DNA of 56,280 nt, filler included, from Sphacelaria rigidula (taxonomy: Eukaryota), in assembly GCA_964200075.2 (NCBI GenBank). It is 4 parts of 4 records of this genome, joined end to end, with 100 filler letters (N's around TTAATTAATTAA, not from the genome) between each part and the next. Parts side by side here need not be neighbours in the genome. Positions count along the whole stretch, not along the records: positions 14,098 to 28,094 come from CAXNAA020002529.1; positions 28,195 to 42,188 come from CAXNAA020002530.1; 2 more parts are not named here. One strand, given 5' to 3'. Below are positions 24,867-37,556 of the stretch, piece after piece. Every line of letters begins with the position of its first letter. The stretch's first letter is position 1. The position numbers and the translations under genes are program-made. The notes below the pieces were generated by a model that saw only the letters and a list, made by a program, of their open reading frames with translations, was not told the DNA's origin and did not search any database.

Positions 24867-25692
24867 ATTTTTTTCCCGTCGCAGTGTGAGTGTGGAGTGT
24901 TGTTTGCTCTGCTGGACAGGACTCGAAATGAATCCGAAAGCGTTACGGACCCCAATTCCAACGGCTAGGGAGCACACGAGCGCCTTGACCGGCGCCAGGG
25001 GCGTGCCGCGTGCTCCGCGTGCTCCGCTTTTTCGGCGGGTGGTCTACTGCCCATAAAAACCTCGCTCACAACTCAACACCACTCCGCCCTGCTACCACGT
25101 GATACCAAGACGTATAAACCCACTCTTTCCTGCTTCAAACAACACACGTATACGACTGCTGCGAGGCTGCTTGCGAGTTGTCCATCTCCCCATTCAAAAC
25201 CAACGAGCGAAACCAACAAGCGAAGCGGAAGGAGTGGGAGAGAAAATTGGCGAGGACGATCTCTGTCCCGGTGACCCCACCAAGGAGATCACTCATGGGG
25301 GCTGCACTATTAATAACCACAGCCACAGATGCAAGTTCAGGGCCTACTTCGCGACACTGACGGTGTGAGTCTTCCTTTTGCAGCGTTAAGATCCCACCGT
25401 GGAGGAATGCTGGGCAACCTTCGGATCACGGTAGCGGCCCGGACTTGAGTGCATGAAAATCGAGTCTCGTTCCCGGTGCAAAAACGAGAATCTCTGTTGT
25501 TGCACTACTCAAACCCGAACGAGACTCGTTTTTTTCGTTTGTCGAGCGAAACAGAATGCTCTACGAGGTTTTCCTAGACAAGTTCCTCGCGACACAAACC
25601 GTGACGCATAACAGCTCTTTCATGAAATGCTCGGGGACAGGTGCCAACAGATTCCGTCGTGTTCCGACCCCACCATCGAGTACTCAATATTT

Positions 25693-27280
25693 CCCGGTTC
25701 GGACGAATCAGAGTTCATTCGGGTTGACTCCACATGAATGTTGAATGAGAATCATGTACCAAAGAGCCATCCGTTATGAATCATGGTTGGTGAAGGTGTA
25801 TGTTCAAGGTCATACCGCATGACTGGGAATGCGTACACTCCATGAAGTATCAGACGAATCAAGGATGCAAAATATGTACGAATCACACTTCCTGTATGAA
25901 TTTTTGAGTGGGAAACATGCACACTTTTTTCATCTCGTATGAATCGAAGGTGGCGAGCATGTACGTACGAGTCATCCTGCATGAACGGAGATTTGGGAAC
26001 ACATACGCTCGATTCACCTGGTATGGATGGAAGGGGGAGAACATGTACGTATGATTCATGCTGCATGGACAGAGATTGAAAAAAATGCACGCGTGATTCA
26101 CCTCGCATGGATGGAAGGTGCAGAACGCGTGCCTATGATTCATGTTGTTTGGATGAAAGGGGGGATACATGTACGCTTGATTCACCTCGTATGGATGGAA
26201 GGTGGAAAACATGTATGCATGACTCATGCTCACGAACGCAATATGGGAAACATGTCCATGAGTCACAGGATTCATGCTGTATGGATCATGAGAAAATAAG
26301 TAGCTAGAAGAATCACTCTAGGCGCGCAGATGTGTGCTGTGCCATGCTGTACCGTACCGCCCGCGGACTGCAGATTACATTGCCGGAGTTCACTCCCGCG
26401 AGCATGCAAGGACAACTCGTGCTGATGCTGTGTTCTTCGCAAGTGCTCGTTGTATTGTGTACAACAGTATGTTGAGGTCGGCTGTATCACAAAACACAAC
26501 GTGAAACCACAAAGGCTGTCAATAGCATAGCTCGCGCGGAAAAACTGACTAAAACAAATGCTCTGGGCACGCGTCTGAGTGTGTTGTACTACCACAGTTG
26601 ATGTGTTCCGTGTGAGTACAAAAAATGAAATTGGTTTAATGATTGCGGGTTTGGCTTTTGAGAGGTCCGCGACCTATACGCTCTTATCTGCCTTCCCCAC
26701 CTGCAAAAGGGCCGCGCCACCGAATCGTCGCGCCCCATGATACAGTATGACAGGTGGGAAACAACATGTTCACACTATTTATATCATACAAACTGAAGGT
26801 GGAGAACATGTACGCATGATCCGCGCTGCAAAAATGAAAAGAGGGATACATATACACTTGATCCATCTTGTATGAATGGAAGGTAGGGAACATGTACGTG
26901 TGATTCATGCCGCATGAATGGAAGGTGGGGAACATGTGCGTATGATTCATGCTGCATGAACGGAAATTGGGAACCATGTACGCTTGATTCATCTCGCATT
27001 CATGGAAGGTGGAGAACGTGTGCCCATGGTTCATGCTGGATGAATGGGAATTGGGTAACATGTACCTATGATTCACGCCATACGAATGGAGGGTAGGTAG
27101 CATGTACCTTTGACGGTGTACCGCACGAATCACGAAGTGGGAATGTGTACACTTCAAGCGGTGCCGTACGAATCACGACCCCAAAACATGTACAAATCAC
27201 AACTTGTGTACGAATCGTATGATTGATTCGTACAAATGTTGAATATGAGTCGAATCATGATTTTATTTGTCCGAACCGTG
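25693..27280. mobile_element. Non-autonomous CAC..GTG (CMC-like) DNA transposon with internal 42-bp tandem repeats
   Basis: TIR C(C/A)CGGTTCGGAC / GTCCGAACCGTG. 42-bp units at about 25790-26285 and 26745-27110. Related copy at 45794-46386. Confidence 0.7.
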
Positions 27281-28094
27281 CAATGTTTTCGTTAAATCCA
27301 TACTGTGACCTTTGTTCAGATGCTGGGCTACACATCCTAGTGCCTTGTAGTTTTGACCTGAACGATGGCCTACTCAGCCAACGCCCCCTGAACAAACGTC
27401 GGAGCCCTTGCTCGTGAAACAATACGAGCTGGGCCAGCTTAAAAGCGGCCAAACGTTGTCGACACTACAGCTTTCCCAGTTTCCCGAATAAACCCGATGT
27501 AAGCGTATCACTGTGAAGTGCAGACCAACCTGGTAACAAACGGTACCGCCGCTGAATGTAGAAAAAAAATAGAAAAAAATATGTACTGCATAATATATAA
27601 CCTTATCGACGGACGAAAAAAAAAAGAGAATCTGTCGGGATCCGAACTCATGATCTCCATAATTGGAGTCTCCTATCACTTGAACAACATGGTAGCAGCA
27701 GCGCCACCCAAAACGTTGCACGCACGGCCCTATTCTACGACTCTTGAGCTGAAATTTCACGAAGATCTTCTGCACCCAAGGAAGTGGTACATCACGGGAG
27801 CAGCTGGAGATTCTCGTTTTTTTCCCTGGACTTATGACATTATCTTGTTTTTGCTGAAAGTTCAAATCTCCATACCTTCCTTTTTTCCTTATTTTCTTTG
27901 CTGCTCTCGTCATATTCCGCATGTCGATCATAATAAGCTGCTGCCAAAATTGCAGCGTCCAACCCCTGAAATCACGCTGTGCGTCGCCTGAGCGCGAAAA
28001 CTACCCACTGACTGCTGGCGCGATAGCCCCCCCCCCGAACCGGCCAAAAGAGTGCACGGAGGCGATGATCGTAATTACCTTTGGAGCTGGTTTC

Positions 28095-28194
28095 NNNNNN
28101 NNNNNNNNNNNNNNNNNNNNNNNNNNNNNNNNNNNNNNTTAATTAATTAANNNNNNNNNNNNNNNNNNNNNNNNNNNNNNNNNNNNNNNNNNNN
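28095..28194. other. Artificial contig linker
   Basis: Same 100-bp spacer. Confidence 0.97.
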
Positions 28195-29424
28195 CGCCGC
28201 ACAACATAATCTAGCTCGACTACCATCATGGTTACCGCAGAAAAACGCAAGCGCGCAAAAAGAACGGTAATCTGGTTGCCTAGCTTACGCAGTGAGTGGC
28301 GTGTTTTATAGCGCCATCGCCAACCGGCGCCAACCCGATCGGGGGTCCGCCCTTACAAAGTCGGGACGGAGCACGCCGGGTTCTTGCCGGACCAGGCGGA
28401 AGGAGGTAGGGGTTACTTACCAAGAGTATACACATACACTCAACTACTGCACAAGCAACAACAAGGGAGGAAAGCACACCTATGAAACACATATCGACGG
28501 GAGTGTCCAAACACACAGGCTGAGGGGTAATCCTCCCCACTCGAGCAAACCGTGCCACACTCCACTGTATACTAATTGACGCGTGCTTTCTGTTATAGAA
28601 TCTGTTCGTTCCTATTCTCCGACTGCAGTATGTACCTGTAGAGTGTTGGAAAAGTACGTGTCATCTGCCTAGGGTACGCCATTCCTTGCCAGGTCACATC
28701 GTGTCACAAAATCACAAGAATCATCCAGCCGCAACGCAAAATTGCTTGTGCAAAGCTCTCGCATCCATGGCCAAGAACATGCCAGCCAAAGCCGTCTTGT
28801 GCAATCTCTTGCACCTACAGATCTCTAGTTCGTCTTCAGACAGTCTTGGCCGGCATCGTATTGCTCAAGATACAACAGCATGGGAAAGCTCAATTTCGGC
28901 CGGCATGGTCTTGGTCATGGATACACCATACCCACCTGCCATCAGTCTCATGATAGCCAACGGCATGCACAAATACTATGCGAGTCTATTCATTACAAAC
29001 CCAAGAAATTAACTTCATGGTGATGGACGTCTTCGTTTGCACAACTTGTGTACCCAGTTGCGGGCCAGCACCAAAGAATCTCTCGAGAACAACGCTCAGC
29101 TCTCGGGAACGCGTTACCGATCGTCTGACGACAGCAGCAAGGTCACGAACAAAACGCCGCGGACCACAACAACATCAGGGTGCGGAAATGTTGGCCGCAG
29201 TCCTGGACAAGGACGGCCACTCGCGTCTCATACTGCAGTCTGTGCACCGCTGGTGCACAGGTCAAGAACTGTGGAAGCATTTGGCGAGGCATCAAACACC
29301 AGCGGAGCTCTTTCCGACGATGTAGGGAGTCAGCTCAGGGGCCTTTCTACCCTCTCTACCAATCTCGCGGGTGAAGGCTGTGACCAGTGCATCAGGGAGC
29401 GGCCGACACGATGCTCCAAGGAAC

Positions 29425-29982
29425 CTCCCCGACATGAAAAAACGCCGCCGACCACAACAAAATCAGGTCGTGGAAATACTTGCGGCCATCCTCGACAAGG
29501 ACAGTGCGTTGCGCCCCAGTTTGCAGTCTGTGCACCGCTGGTGCACGACTAAAGAGCCATGGGCTACAAGCGAGGATAATGCGCTTAGCGACAGAGCTCT
29601 CCCCGACGATGCGGAAAGTGAGTTGTGCCCCGGTTTGGAGTCTGTGCACCGCTGATGCACTACTGAAGAGCTATGAGTGACAAGCGAGGGTGATATACTT
29701 AGCGACAGAGCTCTCCCCGACGATGTGGAAAGTGAGTTGTGCCCCAGTTTGGAGCTGGTGCACAGGCTCCAAACTGGGGCACAACTCACTTTCTGCATCG
29801 TCGGGGAGAGCTCTGTCGCTGAGTACATCACCCTCGCTTGTAGCCCATAGCTGTTCGGTAATGCACCAGCGGTTCACAGACTCCATACAGGGGCGCAACT
29901 CAGTGTCCTTGTCGAGGATGGCCGCAAGTATTTCCACGACCTGATTTTGTTGTGGTCGGCGGCGTTTTTTCATGTCGGGGAG
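29425..29982. repeat. Foldback: 222-bp inverted arms centred on GTGCAC (29758-29763), with an extra 114-bp tandem unit in the left arm
   Basis: 29761-29982 is the reverse complement of the left arm. A diverged direct copy lies at about 29150-29345. Confidence 0.9.
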
Positions 29983-32115
29983 AGGGAGGCAAGGAAGAGC
30001 GCAACACGGCATAGCTGGGGACGGGTAAACACTCATGACACAGCGTTCGTTCGGTGTGGGGAGAATGTGTTGTCGATGCGTGTGTGCTTCCTGCCCATGT
30101 ATGTCTCATGAATCATGCATATTCATTGCCCTCACCATGACCATCAGACACCATTGTGCCGGCTTCTACACCTGAGAAATCAGCAACAAAGTGGTGGACA
30201 CCGGGATTAAACACAGCGCCTACAGTAATAAGGACATGACGCACGCCTTTCCGTTTCCCGTAACACTTGCAACCCATGCCCTTCCCCGGGACGAGTCAGT
30301 GTCTGTCCCAAGGCATTGACTCATCTATCCCCCGGTATACGCCCTAGCGTTCGGCGTTGCGAAGTGGATCAGTATGCCTGCCTCGCGTCGACCTCCGTGA
30401 AATAATTGATACTTGCTACTACCCACATCCTCACGTTTACAACAGCGGGACTCAGACTCTAGTCAGGAAATACCCGAATGCATCTACCGGGAATCGGGTC
30501 CGCATAATTCCGACCCCCACTGCATCTCAGTTATATCATTACACCACCGAGGTGCAGCGGCCATTGGCAGTGGATATCAGCATGCACAGGACTGCGTCTT
30601 GGACAAAACGCGACACGAACAAATGGGAGTTTCAAAATGAAGCAGACTAGCTGCCCATGTAACTACCACTTTTGAGTTGTAGAGCATCAACGATCATTAG
30701 CGCGAAAACATATAAATATTGGATCTCAGATACGTAATTGCGTGAGCCAAGCACTCTGGACACACAAGCCAACCAGACATACAGGATTACGAGTTGGGGC
30801 ACGATGGTGTGTAGTACCCTCCGCACACTCCCGCCCTCCCCAACCCGTTCCAGTGACGCATTTAGCCTACCTTCTCCCCGTGCACGAGCTCCTCTGTAAA
30901 GGGAATCAACTAGGAGATAAACTCGTTGTCCCGAGCTCATTAAGTTCCCCTCCATCATGCCATATTTCTCCTGCACATCAAATCAGTGCCGGCGAACCCC
31001 ATTGTTCGACAAACGAGGTGAAGGTCAGGGGCTAAAAGACCACGATTGTTTTCTGTCGACTAGTTCCTCGTCCAAGAAAAGCTCGTCCACAGGAAGAAGG
31101 TAGATCACGGGATGGGATAGGAGCTGGCAGGAGTCTGTGGAGGATATCGTGCGCCAGGGTACTTGGGTCACACTTTTACGCGCCGGGGATCCAAGAAATC
31201 GTTTGGTGCATAAGACAGTAGCGAAAAAACGATTGCTATACAAGGAAATAGATGGTTGCCACAGACGGCGATTAAGGAATGGAATAAGAGATGAAGAAGG
31301 GTTGTGTATAGTGCATGAAGGAAACGTAATGAGCGCCTAAATGCTCGAGGTCCGCTGTCTCCGTGCGACACTGGGAAGTAAGACCAGTCCGTTCCATCTC
31401 TGGATCGTGCTCCATGTTGTCTGCCGACATAATCGGGAGAAAACTCATGTCATGCAGTACGAGGGTTGACGGTATATCATGAAGAGCATACTGTACATAC
31501 TCGACAACGCGCCTGGCTCATTCGTGTGACCTTGCATTCTTTGCATTCAGCCGTCTCATCTATTGCCCCGCTTGTGGAGTCATGCACAGCGTTTTCAAAA
31601 TTGGACATGATCCCGGAATGTATGCTTTACACGCACGGAGGGAAAGCACAAGCATTCACCACGAGGTCCCGACGAGTTTCGATTACCTGGTCCGCTAGCC
31701 GTTGGCGTAGGATTCCACCACCCTTGTGTCCAGCCCATATAGGAGCTTACGGATCTCCCCGATAATGGCGGGTGCATCGTCATCGTCATAGTCATCGTCA
31801 AAGGCGATAAGCCAGTTTCGCGACCGCTCATCGATTTTCTTCGCTACATGAAAAACGTTCACGGCAGCGCGAGGCTCGCAGTTGTGTAAGGGTCTGCATG
31901 TGAATTCGGCCGATAAAGCGACCCCATGAATGCAAAAAAAACAGGCGGTTTACTTTAGTTGCAAGTGTAAGCTGACTCTCCCCCCCTCCTCCACATACAC
32001 ACACTTGGATGTTACAAAACGACGAGTAATACGGCGTTGAGAGCAGAGTTGTTACAATGATGTAGTAGTTATTGCACCTGCTGAGGTCTCTCAGTACGAG
32101 TACCAGGAGATACCA

Positions 32116-32420
32116 TTTTGTTTTTTTTCCTCACACTTTAAATCCCTCCCCTTTCTCGGGATGACTCCGTAGTCTCAAGGGATCAACCCATCTCCCCCAT
32201 GGTACGCGCGTTTCATTTTGGTCTCGCGGATTGGGTCAGCACTCCCGCACCGCGTCAACTCACGTCACACAAATCCAGTCGACTACCTTGTTTACTCACG
32301 TTCTCACGCTTTTCAGGGTGGAAATCATACATTACGAAGAAAAACCCCAACACATCGGGAATCGAACCCCCGTTCTCTCCACCCAATTGGCGACAGTCGG
32401 ACCAGTACACCACCGGGGCG
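32116..32420 (-). mobile_element. tRNA-derived SINE with A-rich end
   Basis: Minus-strand A-box TGGTGTACTGG and B-box GGTTCGATTCCC. Central segment resembles the SINE at 34-398. Confidence 0.7.
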
Positions 32421-32527
32421 CGGTGGCACAACTATAGTTGCAAGTGTAAGCTGACTCTCCCTCCCCCTCCCCCCCCACACACTTGGATGTTAAAAAACGA
32501 CGAGTAATACGGCGTTGAGAGCAGAGA

Positions 32528-32978
32528 TGTTACAATGATGGGATGAGCTAATGCACTGGCTGAGGTCTCTGAGTACAAGTACCAGGGGATATCATTGGTT
32601 CCAGCTAAGCCAAGCTCTCACGTGGGCACATCGCACGACCTATAGCTACCATCATGAACAATCACACATAGGCTCATCTATATGAAGACGGCTGGTTAGA
32701 AACTCACGTGTTTGATAGCATCATGGTATACCTACAAGCATCTCTCTTACTCAGTACAGCCGCGGCGCAGCCATAGGAGCAGAGCGTAGTGATGACCCAG
32801 TGTAGACCAAGGCAAAGTCAGTAACTGAACGAGGTGGGGTCGGGGCGGCCTCTGGCCGCGTCCGGACAACCCTAACTAATGACAGTAGCAAACGCGGTAA
32901 CAACGCGTCACGGAACTGAGGGTCCACGAGCAGACCCGCACAGCGTGATATCTCGCAATGCCTTCGAGCTTCATCACA
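32528..32978. mobile_element. LTR (TGTTACA..ATCACA), same family as 10707-11151
   Basis: End-to-end similarity; no TSD seen. Confidence 0.7.
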
Positions 32979-34546
32979 CTAGCCCATCCTAGACGAGTCC
33001 TTATGCAGTTGAATCATCATCACCTCGGCACAATGTAATTACGCCGAGGAACTTCAAAATTCAACAAGCAAGGGCTCTTCTACACTGCACTCGTACAAAA
33101 GTATGAAGCGAAGAAAAAAGGAATAGATACTCTCCCACACCTCTCATGAGTGTGCATCGCTGCGACCCGCCACATCAAACGTTCAATCCACAAGAAAATG
33201 TTTTATCTACGTGACACTCACTACCTATGTTGAACAAGACAACACACACGCAAGTCCATCTACAAAGTAAAGCACTAAATGGTACGCACGCGTAGACTTC
33301 ATCTACCAACGGAACAAGGAGGGAATGTCAGACAATCCGGGAAGAGGGGAGGGAAAACGCAGTTGCGGCATAGCATCGCGGCAACTGCTCTGGTCGGACG
33401 CAGATCCAAGTGAGCTCCACGTCTTTGTCCGACTCCGTCCCGACACAATCGTCGCGTATAGCGAGAGTGGCACACGACTCGTTTTCCGTGGCAGGGCGCT
33501 TGAAGTATCAAACCTGCCTTGAAAATGCGTGCAACGTCAAGTACGATGCGATGGGGTTGTACTCATGATCATGCATGCCATAGTCATAGGACAATTGACA
33601 TCGTATCCCTACAAAGCCAGGACGGAGCACGCCGGGGTTTCGCCGAACCAGGCTTGCACTCAAACCACCAAGCGCGAAGCGCCGTGGTATGCTCGACGAG
33701 TCGCATGAAGAATGTGAGCTGCATCCTGCTAAGATGGTTCGACCCGAAGCCTGCCGATTATCTTGCATTTGGGTGACAGCCTACAATGAGTTGCTTTATT
33801 TTGTGGTATCGCCACTCCCAGAGACAGCCACGGCTTATACACTGCCTCATGGGTGTCTAACCAGTGGGGGGGGGGGGGGCGGGCGCTACGCAGCAACAGG
33901 GAGATAAAAGTGGCGATGCAGCCCAAGTTCAGGTTTGGTGTGCCCGAAGTGCGAAATTCGAAGCCTCTGCGCGAGTGGGTACGAGCCCATTCAAGACGAC
34001 ACTCAGGGTAAGAAACCATGGGTCGTTGGTGAGAACGTTTTGTTCAGCGCGGCGGATTAAATATCGCGTGTTATGAGCAAAAACTTCGTTAGAACGCAAT
34101 ATCTAACTCAAAGCAACCGTCCGGCGGAAATACGGCCTACAACAAGGGCGGTATGATTGGTAATTCCCGTGGTGACACTGGACCACGAGCAACGGAACGA
34201 CACAAGAGAACACACCCGTGCCGCCAGCTGACCGGGCTGAGCCACAGGACAGGGGTAGAACAAACAAACGAAGACATCCAGATAGATTGTCGAAATACAG
34301 TACCTCACCGCGACCTAAAACAGTCGTCGGGCAAAAATACGGCCTACAACAAGGGCGGTACAGTTAGCAGTACACGTTGTAACCAAGGGCCCGTGCAACA
34401 AGACGATGTAAGGGAGAATCCGTGCGGCGAGCTCTCTTGGCTGGCGGCAAGGGGTTGAGCAGTGACAACAACAGACACACCCAGAGAACGAGCCATCAAA
34501 ATTCCAAACATGTGGGAGGCTGGGCTAAATCTACAGTCGTCTAATC

Positions 34547-34795
34547 GACTGCTGCCGAGACAGACCCCCCCCGAATCGGCCAAAAAAGTGCATGGAGGCG
34601 ATGATCATAAATGTCGTTAGAGCTGGTTTCGTGCAGCGCGACGCGACTCATTTGGACGTTATAGCCGATTTGGGATTGCTACACGCCTCTCATGTGGGCG
34701 AAATGGCTGCAAACGAGCCCAATAGTGGGATCGTAGCCGGTTTGTCGGACGGTCTCCGGTACACCTTTTGTGAGGGGGCTATCTCGGCATTAGTC
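34547..34795. mobile_element. MITE, GACT..AGTC ends
   Basis: TIR GACTRMTGCCGAGAYAGCCCCC. Copies at 38949-39198 and 28010-28094 (truncated by the contig end). Confidence 0.8.
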
Positions 34796-36042
34796 TATCG
34801 TGTAAAGAAACGTCGAAGACAAAAAAAAACACTAGATGCTCAGGGGACACGGACAGAGATGCGACAGTGACAAGAAATGTAGACATACCGCGCCTAATAT
34901 TTGGGTTCAGGCTGCATGAAGCGCCTCATATTGGCGACATTGCCTAGAACGAACCCAAATGTGGGAATTCCCCGCTGCTCGTTGTGCACGGCTTTTCCTG
35001 TTTTGGTTTACGTGAAGATTTGGCCCCCCAAAACCATGCACTTTTGGGGGGGCGGCTATCGTAGAAAGTGTCAAAGGAATACGGTACCAAAACCTGGGAG
35101 GGGTTACAATGCAGCAAAGGGGAAGGGGGGGGGGCTATGATCTGATATCGGATCGGATCGGATTGGGGGATCCAACTCCGCCAAGGTGAGGGGGGCTACG
35201 ATCTGATATCTGACCAAATCGGGGGGGGGGGGGGGGGAAGTAGCCAGGGCAGCGGCATCTGAAACGGGTACGTGGGCTGTGTCCGAAGGCGTCTCTTCTA
35301 CAAGGGAAAATGTTCGAGCTCAGGTATTATTTTCATAGTACAGCAAAAGATTATACTTTGCACTGATGAGGGGGGATATGGTGCGCTAGAAAACCCTGCG
35401 CGGTTATGGGGCCATTTCTTTCTCCTTGACAAGGGGCGGGGACCATCTGATACTACAAGGAAAAGCTAAATCGGGCCGGACTGAAGTAATGTTGTCAAAC
35501 ATCGTGGGGTGGTCACGCAAAACTTGTGGGCTTCCATCCGAGGGCGAATTTTGTCGCTAAACCCACAGTGCTCCCGACGGGAGTCATCTGTAAATACAGG
35601 AAAAGGTCAATCAGGCCTGACTGAAGTGATGTGGGCAAACATCGGGGGGGGCGGCCACGCGAAACTCGTGGGCTTACATCCGAAGGCAAATTTTGTCGCT
35701 AAAACCTATAGCCTCTGCCAGACGATCTGGATAAGAGGACTATCCACGAGGGACTCCTCTAGTAGCACTGGCCACGTGCTCGGTAAATCCTTTCTTCTCA
35801 CTTGTTATTATCACGGAGTGATCCTCAACAGACCACATCAAGAGCCAGAGAACAAAGGGCCACACAGATGAGGGTCATCAATCCAGGATCCCCTGTCCCC
35901 TGCGACTGCTCCGATCATGCATGCGATTACACTGAAACCTGCGGCTTGGTATCATTTGGCTACAGCACCCCCAAAGCGAGTTGAAGAGAAACGAACGAGC
36001 TTGGCAACCAAGAAAAACCAGGGCAAAATCGCATGCGCCAGA

Positions 36043-37499
36043 TCACAAAGAAATACCATACTCCGACGCTAATTTACTGGTCAGCGCCCGAGTCAACCGC
36101 ACTTCACGCACTTCCTTCAAAACAAATTCAGGCACAGAAGAATGAATCTTGCGAAGAAACTCCCACGTACGTTCTTCAGCACCGAACCCTTCCCAATTGA
36201 TCAAAACAATGGCATCACCATTGTCCTCCTCAGCGACGTGCACCAAAGCCTTCATCCGACATTCACCTTGAGCATACGAATGTTGAAATACATTTTTTAG
36301 TTCCGCAGTGATGTGCAACTGCGAGTCAGCATAGAAACATGAACGAACGACATGGGCCAAGTGCACGGCACCAGGAACAATGTTCTGCACCGAATACACG
36401 TGAGCGTGATCGGCTCCGACCACTCGCCACGGACCTGTCCACGTGGACATCAACCTTGGCGTCATACCTTGCCTCCGAACACGGGCATACAATACGAAAT
36501 CGCCAACTGCAAACTTGGGCAACATAGCCTGACCCTGAGCAAGCTTGCGTTTGGTTTCGCGGAACACCGCGACAGCAGCTTGCACTTCGTTACAAAACCG
36601 CACTTGCTCGTCAACCACGCCTCGAACCTTGTTACGCAACGAATCAGCATCAATGACATCGACGTTCCACTCGCCGCCAGTGACAGAAGCCAGCGCGGAA
36701 AACGCTGTACGCGGTGTACGCCCAAACATCACACAATGCGGGGTGTAACGGTAGCCTTCACGAAAAGAAGTATTCAACGTCCACTGGGCGGCTGGCAAAA
36801 CATCAACCCATTCAGACACCCGCCGTTGCTGTTCCGACAAAATAGACCGCAACGCACGAATAACCTCTTTCACCATGCGTTTACAAGCACCATTCGACCA
36901 AGGGGTATACGCAACAGCAAATTGGGGTTGCACCTTCAGCACATCGCTCAGCTGCGCGATCACTCGATTCTTGAAGTGTGTGGCGGTATCACTAACCCAA
37001 ACACGTGGCACCCGCAAAGTCTTGCCCCAATGGAGCAAGTGCTTAGCCGTAACCTCGGCGGTGCAAGCCTCGGTCGGCTCCAAGCAAACGAAATTCGACA
37101 AAGCATCCATGATAACCAAAACGTACCGAAAACCATCCTCCTCAGGCAAACCATTAGCACCTTCAGGTCCACTACTTCCGACGTACAGAAATCAAAGTGA
37201 ACAACTTCACCTGACACAGTGCCGTGCACAGTATCGCCATACGGACGAGGTACAATCGCACCAGCATGAGTGTCTGCACAATGCAAGCACTGGCGAACGA
37301 ACTCGCGAACCTGCGAATCCATGTGAGGCCACACACAGTATTCTTTCAAACGAAACCAAGTCGGCGCCACACCACGGTGACCAGCCGGCCGCATGTGAGC
37401 GCACACCATCAAGCGGGTTTGTAGAACCTTATCATCTGACGGAATCCACAAAACATCACCACTGCCCACACGCCCGCGAAACAAACCATCATCAGCCAA
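36043..37499 (-). pseudogene. Gypsy integrase with HHCC zinc finger, DD(E>K) core, GPY/F and chromodomain; one frameshift
   Basis: AHMRPAGHRG..CLHC, VHFDF, WVSDTATHF, NGACKRM, WTGPWRV, INWEGFGAEERTWE. Confidence 0.9.
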
Positions 37500-37556
37500 A
37501 GTAGCTTGACCGAAAGTCGTAGGAAAAGAATGAACACCGTCGCTGACTGTTTTGCG

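Noticed and set aside
25752-27157. His/Met/Cys-rich nickel metallochaperone, or a CRISPR-like array
   Set aside because: Degenerate head-to-tail 42-bp units with no unique spacers, inside TIRs, frameshifted, in a eukaryote with no cas genes.
36352-37200. 282-aa plus-strand ORF (also 4086-4856 and 7673-8290)
   Set aside because: Antisense shadows of retroelement coding sequence.
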